Positions 18,670 to 31,290 of a stretch of 64,000 bases of DNA are shown here, one piece after another. The stretch is taken from assembly GCA_012295275.1 (NCBI GenBank), contig CM022668.1:11160001-11224000 (forward strand), written 5' to 3'. Within the stretch, counting starts at the first letter, position 1. The number at the start of each line of letters is the position of its first letter. The notes under the pieces are model-generated. The model searched no databases. It was not told the DNA's origin and worked only from the letters and a program-made list of their open reading frames with translations. The translations under genes were made by a program, and so were the position numbers. Source of the DNA: Chrysomallon squamiferum. Lineage: Eukaryota; Animalia; Mollusca.

Positions 18670-18815
18670 AACGATCGTTCAAGGAGCTTGTACTCTACCC
18701 TGCAGTAGACAGGCAACCAGTCAGGTTCCTTCAGTACTGGCGATACGTGGTGGTGAGGTGATTTCCTGTTCACAATGTGTGCTGCACTATTCTGGAACGT
18801 ATTTATGTAAAATTT
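18670..18815 (-). mobile_element. Paralogous L2/CR1 LINE fragment
   Basis: FQNSAAHIVNRKSPHHHVSPVLKEPDWLPVYCRVEYKLL. Confidence 0.75.
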
Positions 18816-21197
18816 AAGACAATTATGATGGTGTACTAGTATATTACCAATTCCAGAACTAACTAAGAGAAACATTTTTTATATTACATCGTTAAACATG
18901 AATCACCTCAACATAGTAAAAATAGTACGACTTTGAAATAACAATCCATGCGAATGCATCAAAGATATATTTATTTATTTATTTATTTATTTATTTATCA
19001 TCATCATCAGTGTTACTGTTATATTAAAATTATTGTCATTATCATTATTATTGTTATTTGTGATTGTTATTGTTCTTACTGTTGTTGTTTTTGTTACTGT
19101 TGCTATTTTCAAATAGAAATCAAACATTCTATTCTGTTTAGACAAGGGGAATGACTCTTGCCTTTGATCGGACCAAATTTCCGAGAACGACTCAGTACGT
19201 GTTCTTGTAGTGCATGAAATTATTTAGTTGTATTTTGGTAATTTATATTGCTTTTCATTATTACGTATTTGACACGTAACGTAACTATAGTATCTTTATG
19301 ATTATTAAGAATATGGATATCCATGACGTAGAATGACGTCATACAGGAATTCTTACTGCATGAATCTAGACTGAATTTCCATACGAATTTGTTGAAAAGA
19401 TTTAGTCTTAAGCTTCAGACTGGGTACGTTGCAGACTTTTGACGCCCATTTCTGAAGATGGTATTCTGGTTTTTCTCAGATATCGGTAAATATTTCCATC
19501 AAATTTGAATTATTTTTGAGCATACACGTTTAATTACTTTGTTTGTATAAGCATATGCAGTTACAGATATGTATATTTTATATCAAATGTATTAAAATAA
19601 AATAAAAATGGCAGAAGATCGTGACATTTTGTTATAAAATTGCAAAGTTTTCTATGATTTTAAAATAATGTTTCTTTCTCAGTCATCTAGATTGGCCTAA
19701 TGATTATCGATTTATTTTGTTAAGTTCCTCTGACATTTTATAACATTCTGAGAATTATTTATTTTATTTTGTTTTATTTTATTGTCATCTATTTTTATAA
19801 CATCATGCTACTATATGTTACATAAATGCAAACATGCAAACACACATACATAAATAAATAAATAGATATATATGTATATATGCATACATACATACATCCA
19901 TACAATTATGTAAATACACACACAGTGAAATGTACATATGCACATAAATATGTACACACATACCTACAACACAAATACGTAGAAAGTACCATACACACAT
20001 AAATGTCTCAATATCTATATATATATATTATAGATACATACATCCATACATATATTAATACACATATATTATATAGACAAGGTTGACTTGATGGCGAAAC
20101 GGCAATGTCGTCCGCCTTCAGAATGTGAGCGAATGAGTGTCCTGTGTTCGAGTCTCGTCATTTTTTAGGTCTCTGATCGGACTTCGTTCTGTTGCGCCAG
20201 TGTTTTCGCGAAATATTCAAATCGTATAATACATCTATGCAGCTGCTCATACACAACCACACACACGCAAACACACACACACATGTACGTTCATTCATAA
20301 ATGCATATAAGACATCATACACATACATATATCATACATATATATACACACGCTTTTATAAATACATACATACACAGACGTATACACAAATATGTACATT
20401 CAAACACACAAATTATTTCTCTCCCATACCCAAAAACATACAAACAAAAATTATGCTAACAAGATTTCAAGGTCAGATGAATATTTAATTAGTTTTATTC
20501 TGTGTAATATGATACAGGAGATCATTTCTTGTGTGACCGTTTCGTCTTCCATCCTGTCACTTTCAGGCAATCTAGATATTTTGATACAGATACTCTGACT
20601 GACAGTTGCTGATAGATTTTGAACAGAACTGTTATTAAAGTATACAACAGAGAATATTTCAAATTTATTTTAAAATGATTTCAAATTAACAGACGGTGTC
20701 TTCTTAGCTAAAATCATGGCGTCTGATCATAAAATAAATATTAATGAAATCAGTTAACGTTAGCAACTGCCTGTTGTTTATGTGAATATAATACGTGCTT
20801 AATTCTATTATCTCTGTGGAAAGCAATCTGCATACTGTGATATCTGTTACACACTGCTGATTTTATTTATTCCGTCTTTACATGACAGAAGTTTAAAATC
20901 AAATGGCATTTGAAGCAAATGAAATCAGCGTATATAAACGTTCGTTCTATTTGTATATCGACTGTTCAACTGTAAATTAATTTGTTAGTTGTAACAGATG
21001 CTCTTTATAACGCCATCATTAAAATGTTTCATACGTGGTCATAGTTAATACTCAATCTATTCTACATCTCATAAGATCAAACTAGTTAGGGTTAGGGTTA
21101 GTATTAGGGTTAGACTTAAGTGTCAAGACAATTTTGGTATTAAATTTTAAAAATTTCATTCTGAGTTTTAATTCATAAATTATTTCGTTTTTGTTTC

Positions 21198-21247
<50 letters not shown>

Positions 21248-21489
21248 CCAGTACATCCGAGGTAAAGTCTTATATCATACGTTTTGAATTATAATTCTCG
21301 GTAAATAAATACTTCAACAAAGAAACACATAAATTTAAGAAGAAATACAAATTATATCTACAGGAAATAAGACGTATTTAAATTCCATTATGGATTCTGG
21401 GTGTAACATTGTTACTACGTTACGAATATCAATACTTTTATTATATTTATTATAACGTTATGTTTTTACGTAAAGATAACCAAATCAGT

Positions 21490-22075
21490 AGAGAACAATA
21501 TGAAAGTGGATACATAGAGCAACAGAAAATATAATAAAGAAAGAACGAAAGGACAGAGAAATGTAATAGTGATTGCATGGAAGAACAGGATAATATAATA
21601 GTGAATGACTCAAGAACAGAAAAGTGTAAAAGTCAGTGAACGGAAGAACAATGAAATGTAATAGTGAATGAATGAAAGAACAGAGATGAATGGGAAATCA
21701 AAGAAATATAATATGACTGAATGAAAGAACAGAGAAATGTAATAGTGGATGAATGGGAAAACAAAGAAATATAATATAACTGAATGAAAGAACAGAGAAA
21801 TGTTGCAGTGAATGAATGAAAGAAGAGTGAAATGTTTCAGTGAATCCAGGGAAGAACAAAGTAGTGCAACAGTGGAAGAACAGAGAAATAGAAAAATGGA
21901 TGAATGAAAGAACATATAAATGTAATAATGAATGAATGAAACAAAAGAGAAATATAGTGAATGAATGGAAGAACAGAGAAATATAATAGTGAATGAATGA
22001 AAGAAGAGTGAAACATAATAATGGGTGAAGGGAAGAACATAGAAATATAATAGTGGATGGATGAAGGATAGAATG
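21490..22075 (+). repeat. Degenerate purine-rich ~30-35-bp minisatellite
   Basis: Recurrent gaatgaatgaaagaacagagaaat(g/a)taatagt units. Absent from copy A. Confidence 0.8.
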
Positions 22076-23798
22076 CTACAAAAGTTAATTCATTTGCATC
22101 AAGATAACCAGGTGAAGAAACTGCGACTGAAATACAGCTGAATAAACTGGTGTAGTAAAAGAACACTGAGTCAGTTCTTGTCGTACACAGCAACTTATAT
22201 TATCAGGAGCTGCTCACTTTTTCTCAGAATCCATTAAATCAGCGATTCAAAAGTGACAGTGTGCTTTAAAGTGTTAATATAAACTCCTTATTTTCTATAT
22301 CTGTATATTGAATATCTGATTTCTATATACTACTACTACTACTACTACTTCTAATAATAATAACAGTAATAACAATAACAAGAAGAAGAAGAAGAAGAAG
22401 AAGAAAGAAAGAAAGAACTAAATAAACAAACAAACAAATAATTTTTCGAATATTTACAAATATCTACATATTTATTTTGCACCATTGTTTTTCAGTGAGT
22501 AATGGTCGTTGAGCATTAACGTAGGGTTTAATTTATACGCGTATCTTTGTATTTAATTCCACTCCAGCTGTGATTATCTTCTTGTGCATCTATAACATTG
22601 ATTTTACTTGATAGAATATAGAAATCACTCACAATACAAGACGAGTAGTAACCAGATTTAATTACAAGATACAACACGTGTGATAACGAAACTACGTACA
22701 CACATATATGCAGATATACATAGATACATAGATACGTATTCACATATATTCATGCATACGTGTATATTTATACTGAAACATGAATAACTTGACAAAAAAT
22801 AGATACTGATGCAGTCATATACATACATTCAGTTACACACATAGAAAAAACAGACACACACATACCTTCATTCATATTCTTATAAAATGACAAAGATAAA
22901 TAAACACATACATGCATATATGCATATATTCCTATATACATACATACAAAGACACACACACACATACATACATATATATTTACATACTTTAATATGTACA
23001 TGCACCTATGAACATCCACATATACACTCATGTACATACATATGTGTACATCAACCCACACACATGCACATGCGCTCAGATTTCGGTTGCGGAACAGGTG
23101 AATATTTAGTTACTCTTTGTCTGTTTAACACGATATAGAAGAATAGTACTTGTCTTACAATTTCGTCCTCCGACTTGTCTCCTTCAGATAATATATGTGT
23201 TTTTAATATGCATACATATTCTGATAGATGCTAATACATTTAGAACTTAATTTTATTAAAGTATACAAGAGAATAGTTTCAAATTTATTTTGAAATATTT
23301 TTACTGTGCACTAGTCTTCTGAAATAAATTCTGTTCAGAAAACAAATATTGATAAAAACAATTAACATTTAGCAGCTGCCTCTTGTTTATTTCAATATAC
23401 ATAATTTGATTGTCTCTGCAGAAAGCAATCTGCATACTGCGATATATATTAACACACACTGTGCACATAGTAAGATATCCGCTCAAGTTATTAATTTCGT
23501 GTTTAAATGACTGATGTTTTAAATCAATTCATACTTGAGGAAAATAAAATCAGTGTATATAAACGTTTGCTCTGTTTTAGTATGAAATTAATTTGATAGT
23601 TGTAACAGGTGTTTTGTGAAACGCTGAGGTTAGACATTGTAGTACGTGAACACTTTTAATTATAAATGTCTTCCAGATCTGATGAAATCAAAACCGACAA
23701 CTACCAGTGTATTTCATACACAAAGTAGACTGAAATAGTTAATACTCGTAATAACAACTAAAGCAATAAAAAAAAAAAAAAAAACTATGACTAAATAA

Positions 23799-23845
<47 letters not shown>

Positions 23846-23861
23846 TAAGATAAAACATTAA

Positions 23862-24200
23862 CAGTTGTAACATACACTATAAGAAAATTTAAGATGTAAC
23901 ACTATAAGAAACTTTAAGTTGTTACATACACTGTAAGAAACTTTAAGTTGTAACATACACTATAAGAAACTTTAAGTTGTTACATACACTATAAGAAACT
24001 TTAAGTTGTTACATACACTATAAGAAACTTTAAGTTGTAACATACACTATAAGAAACTTTAAGTTGTAACATACACTATAAGAAACTTTAAGTTGTTACA
24101 TACACTATAAGAAACTTTAAGTTGTAACATATAGTATAAGAAACTTTAAGTTGTTACATAGACTATAAGAAACTTTAAGTTGTAACAAACACTATAAGAA
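23862..24200 (+). repeat. 29-bp tandem repeat, ~11 copies
   Basis: Unit aagttgt(a/t)acatacactataagaaacttt, period 29 (23941 to 23970). Decayed copies continue to ~24510. Confidence 0.95.
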
Positions 24201-24345
24201 AAATGTACCTTATATCATTCATTATAAAAATATAATTTGTTTGTTTGTTTTTCTTAAATTCCATGTTACGCTGTTCTAAGTTGTAACATGTTGCAAGTTG
24301 TAAAATTCACTATAACAAAAACATTGTTTCATGCGTATACTTATT

Positions 24346-24381
<36 letters not shown>

Positions 24382-24894
24382 GGATCACACAAGAACATTC
24401 TATTCTAAGTTGTAACATTCAGTATAACAAATTTCTATTCTTTGTTGTAACATACTAAGTTCTAATGTGGAACACAAAAAAAAACACGTTATAAGTTGTA
24501 TCATACAGCACACATCATTAAAGTCATGGTGGGAGAAACATTATAATACAGACTTGAGTCTGAATGAAATAGTTTAAGGAGAAATAGTAAAAGAGATAAT
24601 GTTATTTCTTTGTCCGTGGTCTCATGCATTTGTTGATGTCTAAGATAAAAAATAATCAAAACTAATATTTGGCGTGTTTTAGTTAAAAGATAACTTGTTG
24701 CAATTGTAACAATCAGAACATTTTCTTTAGTTAAAATGAACAGTTCGAATAAATATTTTAGTTAAAAGATACGTTGTTGTTAACATGCCTTTTTCTTATT
24801 TTGGTGCGCTTTTTGTTGTTTGTTGTTGTTTTTAACTATAAGTATGCATGTATATATGTTTTTATTGTATTAATTTGTATTGTGTTTATGTTTT

Positions 24895-24949
<55 letters not shown>

Positions 24950-25524
24950 AAATTAGATCATAATCCAGTCAGATTTGGTAATAAAAGTATCGAAAATGTA
25001 TCAAATTGTTTTGATTGACATCTGGTATTCGTTTAATTTACTGCCTTTGACTGTCATTTGAAAATAAGAAAATTCTGTTTTAATTAATTACATACACTAC
25101 AAGAAAACTCTGCACTAAATTACTACATTCACCATAAGAAGATTCTAAATTGTAGCAAACATCACAAAAATGTTCAAAAAGTTGAATAAAATAACTATAT
25201 AAGAAGTGTACTAATTTATATTTTCTACATCTGTAAGTAAATAAATATTATCCACAATTACATTTCGTTATGTCTGCATGGGTAAAATTAATCAATGTGC
25301 TTTTCGTTTTGTTTTCAGTTTGTGTGTGTGTGTACATGTATGTGTGTTAAACAGGTGAAGATAAACCAATCACATCTGGTAATAAAAACACCGAAAATGT
25401 ATCAAACTGTTTTGATTGACATCTGGTATTCGTTTAACTATCACTGCCGTTGGGTTAAGTTCATTTCATAGAAATAGTTTTACGGAAGTGTCTTTCTGAA
25501 TACCATAACTTGATTTCACAAAAC

Positions 25525-25609
25525 ATGACACAGAAGAAAATCGTGTTGGAAATTTTTTTATTTCAGTGTTTTGTCTTCATTTCGTGTTTTGCAGAGAGAA
25601 TTCCCAGCA
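25525..25609 (+). CDS. Duplicated alternative signal-peptide first exon (1a) for gene C
   Basis: MTQKKIVLEIFLFQCFVFISCFAERIPS+A|GTAAG. It has the same 85-nt length, phase and CAGCA|GTAAG end as exon 27478-27562. Confidence 0.72.
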
Positions 25610-25979
25610 GTAAGAATTTTTATTATTTATTTTATTCAAATAGCAGAAACATTTCTTTTATTATTTTATTTAAATAGCAGTGAGATTTTATTTTTGTTTT
25701 ATTTTATTTAAACAGAAGAAACATTTCTTTTATTTTTACTGATTTTTTATTTAAATAGGACGAAGACTTTGATATGTTGGCATTTGAATAGCAGCAAGAA
25801 TTAATTTTATTGTTTTATTTAAACAACAGTAAGACATTGTTCATTTATTTATTGTTTATTTAAATAACACACAGCCGTGTATTTTTTATTTTGTTTTATT
25901 TGAATAACAGAACTACTTTACTTACCTTTTTTTTAAGTTAAAGAAAAGTAAGATATTATTTATCTTCTGTTTGCATTTA

Positions 25980-26410
25980 AAAGAAGTAAATAGTTTATTT
26001 GTATCATTGATTTGTTTTTGTAATTAGAGAAAAGTAAACAGTTTATTTGTTTTATTGATTTTTCTGTTTGTATTAGACAGAAGTAAGCAGTTTATTTATA
26101 TTACTGATTCTTTGTTTGTATTTAGAGAGAAGTAAACAGTTTAATTATTTTATTCATTTTTTGTTTCTATTTAAAGAGAAGTAAACAGTTTACTTGTATT
26201 ACTGATTTTCTCTTTTTATTTAGAGAGAAGTAAACAGTTTATTTGTATTGTTAATTTTCTGTTTGTATTTAGAGAGGAGTAAAGAGTTTATCTGTATAAT
26301 TGATTTTCTGTTTGTATTTAGACAGATTAAACAGTTTACTTACATTATTCATTTTCTGTTTGGACTTAAAGAGAAGTAAACGGTTTATTTGCATTATTAA
26401 TTTTCTGTAA
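25980..26410 (+). repeat. ~49-bp degenerate tandem repeat
   Basis: About 9 units of agagaagtaaacagtttatttgtattattgattttctgtttgtattt. Confidence 0.85.
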
Positions 26411-27412
26411 TATTATTTGTTAATGAATTTAAGTTTAACGTTTCTTATGCTATAAAACACGCACACATACATATATACACACAATATACTCTTCAAAATG
26501 TAGTGCGAGACACAAGAAGGCGTACGTTCTTGAACATATTTAGATATCACATTAAAATGAAACATATTGTTCACACAATGTTGCTTGTTTGTATGTGTGT
26601 TTAAAAACACAACACAAAAACAAAAACTGGATGTTGGCTATGATTTATAGATGTATTACACATAAAAATGCAGAACTATCGTGTTGATAGATGTGGATAA
26701 CTTTGGTCATTTTAAATATTTTTTCTGTCACGGAACTAAAAAACAACTTTTTTTTTTCATACAACCTTTTGGTTATAGCAGGGACAGCCAGCATGCACTC
26801 CACCCGTTTCCAAGCCCAGCCTCACCGCTTTCAGTATATCTCTAGTTTCTGAAAGCAGTCACCATCACTGACGAATACAACAACACAGCAACAACAACAA
26901 TAATGATTTACACCATGGAAATTGTTGTTATTGTTGTTTTTGTTTTTCTTTGATGTTGTTGTTGTTGTACGGCCATACTGAAAATAATGTTTTTAATAAA
27001 TAAATTAATCAGACGAAATAGAAAGTATTATTATTTGCTCTTTCTATTTATTACTTATATTAAAATTTCAGGACACAAACACGTATCTTTTCATTGCCTA
27101 ATAAACTCCATGTGACAGAACAGTTGAACACATTGCTTCACTGACGTTTTTAAATGAAAATCAATGTACATGAAATTGATCTTACAATCTTCCAGAATAA
27201 AGTTTTATCTTTTCTTCTGAGTTAATTGATACGTAGACCAAATACGTCAGCAGCTCAGATTTGCATTAAATCTGTCGTTTTAAAAATAGCCATTTTAATA
27301 AATAAATTAATCATATAAAATAGAGAGCAGTAGTAGTAGTAGTTGGAAATATGAACAACGAATCATATTTCGATTTTCGTAAGCTCCTTGAAAATAGGCC
27401 AAAAAATTTGTT

Positions 27413-27428
27413 TGATTGACATATAAAA
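27413..27428 (+). promoter_or_regulatory. TGATTGACAT motif abutting a TATA box upstream of gene C exon 1b
   Basis: TGATTGACATATAAAA about 50 nt before the ATG. Related motifs occur at 25413, 25012 and 12401. Confidence 0.45.
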
Positions 27429-27477
27429 TCTCCATAAATAATGTAGTCTGATTTTACCAATTTTATTTACAATAACC

Positions 27478-30400
27478 ATGAATCAGAAGGACATTGTATT
27501 ACACATTTTCTTGGTTGGATGTTTCCTTCTGGTGTCGTCTGCGATTGAAAGAGTCTCCAGCAGTAAGATTTCCTTTTCCTTTTACTTCTATTTAAACAGC
27601 AGAAAGATTAGTTGCTGTTTTGTTTTTTGGTTTGGTATTTTAATTTTTATTTTATTTTGTTTTTATTTTTTTATATGGTGAATGACATTGTTTATTAGTT
27701 TTATTTAAAGACAGTAAGATCTTATTTTTTGCTGTTTGTCTTAAAACAGAATAAACTATTTATTTGTTGTAGTATTTTGTTTTGAAAAATCTAAAGTATT
27801 GTTGATTTGTTTTAATATTTTCTATACACAGTAAAGCATTGTTTATTTGCTTGTTTTTATACTCTGTGTCTTTCCAGCTATACCTGGTTGTGAGTACATC
27901 GTTATTCCAGGCAGATATGGAGATGAACTCTATCTGGAAATTGTAGGGAGCTATACACATGAAGATTGTAGAATGTTTTGTGACACACAAAACGGATATA
28001 ATAATAACCCCTGTACTGCAGTAGAATATCTTGACGGCTGGTGTTATTTGTATTCTTCTGCTTACCCTTTCAGCTATGACTCTGATTCAACAATGTACAT
28101 AAAATCGTGCGAAGACGGTAAGAAAGTGTGTTGCTAAATATTCCTTCAAGATTAGATGGTAATTTATGTCTTCTATTGATTTGTTTTTCTGTTAGGAACA
28201 AAAGTTGCAAAAGAATTATAAAATATGCTAACAATCTGTATTTGTTTGTTGTTCTAACCAGTGATGCTTGACATGTTAATCAGATGAGAGAACCGGACGT
28301 AGAATAGTTAATATATGACTACATTTATCTCGAGCAATTGTAATCAGTTATAATTAAAACGATTTGCATAACTGTTTTTATTTTTGTTGTTTTCTTTCTT
28401 CTTCATCTATCACCGATTATTACTTAGCATTCGTTGAGTTTATTTTAATAAATCTATCTTTATTTTAGATATTTTAGAAATAAAATAAGAAAGATTTCTC
28501 TGTATAGGCAAGGAACATTATTTTTCCTAATGAAAATTTGTTTTGTTTTCTTTAAACAGTTTTTATTATCTGTCACAGGTACATGTGGATTACCATGTGA
28601 AAACGACGCCACTGTAAACTTTGATGACTGTACTTGTTCTTGTTTGAATAACTGGGAAGACACACTTTGTGGTAAGTTAATTCTTCTCTGGTAACATATT
28701 TGAATGAATTATAACTGTTCAGAGTAAAACTTCAAATGAATAAATAAATTCAGCATGCAGCGCAAAATGAGAATTAGGAAAATTGATAAACTATTTGTAA
28801 ACATTCAGAAGGTGACTAATGGTAAAGAAGAATCTGGTGAGACTCCATTACAAACTTTTCATTTTAAATTAGCAACTTTTGGGATGTCCCTGAACATCAT
28901 AACTACAGTGCAATTCTAAATATGCAGGATTGTATTTGTTATTGTATGTAAGGTGGGAAGGCATTTCCTTTCGTACGTTTATTTCTTTATTTCTTAATTT
29001 TTAATTATTATACTAATATTTTCAAATGATTAATATTAAACGGATATACTGAAAATCTAAACATCGTTCAAGAACAATATTTTTAAAAAGCTTAGCGTCA
29101 CAAATATCAAAATTAAATTAATAAAAAAGAAAACTGATCTAATCTAGGTTTTACACTAACAATGTATGTAACAATTATATAAGATCAGAAACAACAATCA
29201 AATATCATTAAACACATTTTATACTAGGAGTTTTCTTCTTCTACTTGCTTCTGGTCACAAAATGATTGAACTATAAAGTACATGCATTTTCCAGAATTGA
29301 GTAAACTTTGAAAGTCAGATTAAATAAAACATGATGCTGTGCTGACTTCTTGAAGTCTGTTTAAATGAGAAAGGAAAAGATGTAGTGCTCTGTATGAAGG
29401 AGAATCTGACATAATACTTTCTGTTACATCACTATACAAACCAGATTACTGTGAGAATAATCGCACTAAAAGAGCATAGACAGAAAATATATCTATCTTA
29501 CAATATTTATTTGTTTGTTTGTTTATTTTTCTTTTGATTTGATTGTTTGATTGTTTATTTGTTGTTGTTTTTAGTATTATTATTGTGTTGTTGCTGCTGT
29601 TTTTAATTCAGATATATGCAACATAAATTGTTCTAATGGCGCTACGTACAATGCAAATGAGTGTACCTGTACTTGTTTGAACACCTGGAGTGGAATATCA
29701 TGTAGTGAGTATATTAAATAATTAGCTTTTTTTTTTTAATTCTCTACGAGGATTCATTAATATTATTAAAAAAAAAAGAAGTAATACAAATTTAAACTCA
29801 TTGTTTTTACTGTTTTTAATAGCGTCTATTTCATCCATTTCATACATAATTATAAACATATTGCAAAACAGAAGAAAATTATAGAGTTTCATGAATAATT
29901 GAATAACTTTAAAATAACAACTATAAAATTCTGAAATAATCATAATAATGCTTTGTGGTTATTTATTTATTTATTTGTTGATTTATTTAACTTCAGATAT
30001 ATGTGAAACTGAATGCTTCAATGGAGGCAGCTTTAACTCCATTAACTGCAGCTGTTTTTGTTTGAACAACTGGGAAGGAGATTTCTGTAGTAAGTATATT
30101 TTATAATTAATTCGTATGTTAATATGCAAAAAAGAAAATTTAAATCAGCAATTTCTCATTTTTCGTTTTTGGGTGGTTTTTTTTTCGTTTTATTTTATAT
30201 TAATTATTTTTTTATTTTTTTATTTTTTTTCCTTAATAATTTTCCTTTATATATTTATTCATTTATTCATTTATTTATTATTTAAATTCAGATGTATGCA
30301 AGGAGGGATGTTTAAATGGCGCAGTTTTAAACTCAGATAGCTGTACCTGTTCTTGTTTGAACAACTGGGAAGGAGATTTCTGTAGTAAGTGTATTTTATA

Positions 30401-30500
30401 ATTAATTCGTATGTTAATATGCAAAGAAGAAAATTTAAATCAGCAATTTCTCTTTTTCGTTTTATTTTATTTTATCTTTTTTTTTCTTAATAATTTTCAG

Positions 30501-30531
<31 letters not shown>

Positions 30532-31160
30532 ATTTTATTTTATTTATTATTTAAATTCAGATGTATGCAACGAGGACTGTTTCAATGGCGGAGTGTTCAA
30601 CTCAGATAGCTGTACCTGTTCTTGTTTGAACAACTGGGAAGGAGATTTCTGTAGTAAGTATATTAATTCATATCATAATACGGCTTTATTCTCACATCAG
30701 TTACCATGACTGATGCCTTTTCAGTTTTATTTATTTATTTATTTATTATTTAAATTTAGATGTATGCATCGAGGGCTGTTTTAATGGAGGCATCTTGAAC
30801 TTAGGTGACTGCAGCTGTTCTTGTTTGAACAACTGGGAAGGAGATTTCTGTAGTAAGTATAGTAATTCATGTCATAATACGGCTTTATTCTCACCTCAGT
30901 TACTATAACTTATGCCTTTTCAGTTTTATTTATTTATTTATTTAAATTCAGATGTATGCAACGAAGACTGTATTAGTGGCGGAGTTTTCAACTCAGGTAA
31001 CTGTAGCTATTCATGTTTGAACAACTGGGAAGGAGATTTCTGTAGTAAGTATATTAATTTATATCATAATACGGCGTTATTCTCACATCAGTTACTGTGA
31101 TTTATGCCTTTACAGTTTTATTTATTTATTTTATTTTAGTTTAGTATAGCTTAGTTCAGT

Positions 31161-31199
<39 letters not shown>

Positions 31200-31247
31200 T
31201 TTTTTACTTTATTTTTTTGTTTTGTTTTACTTTATTTTATTTTATTT

Positions 31248-31290
<43 letters not shown>

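Noticed and set aside
21199-21247. Long poly-T run as a retrocopy tail (also 31250-31290)
   Set aside because: The paralogous site at ~5088 has only a short T run and no adjacent retroposed body. It is slippage or a homopolymer error.
23862-24200. 29-bp repeats of CRISPR-like length
   Set aside because: Head-to-tail with no unique spacers, no cas genes, and a eukaryotic context. It is a minisatellite.
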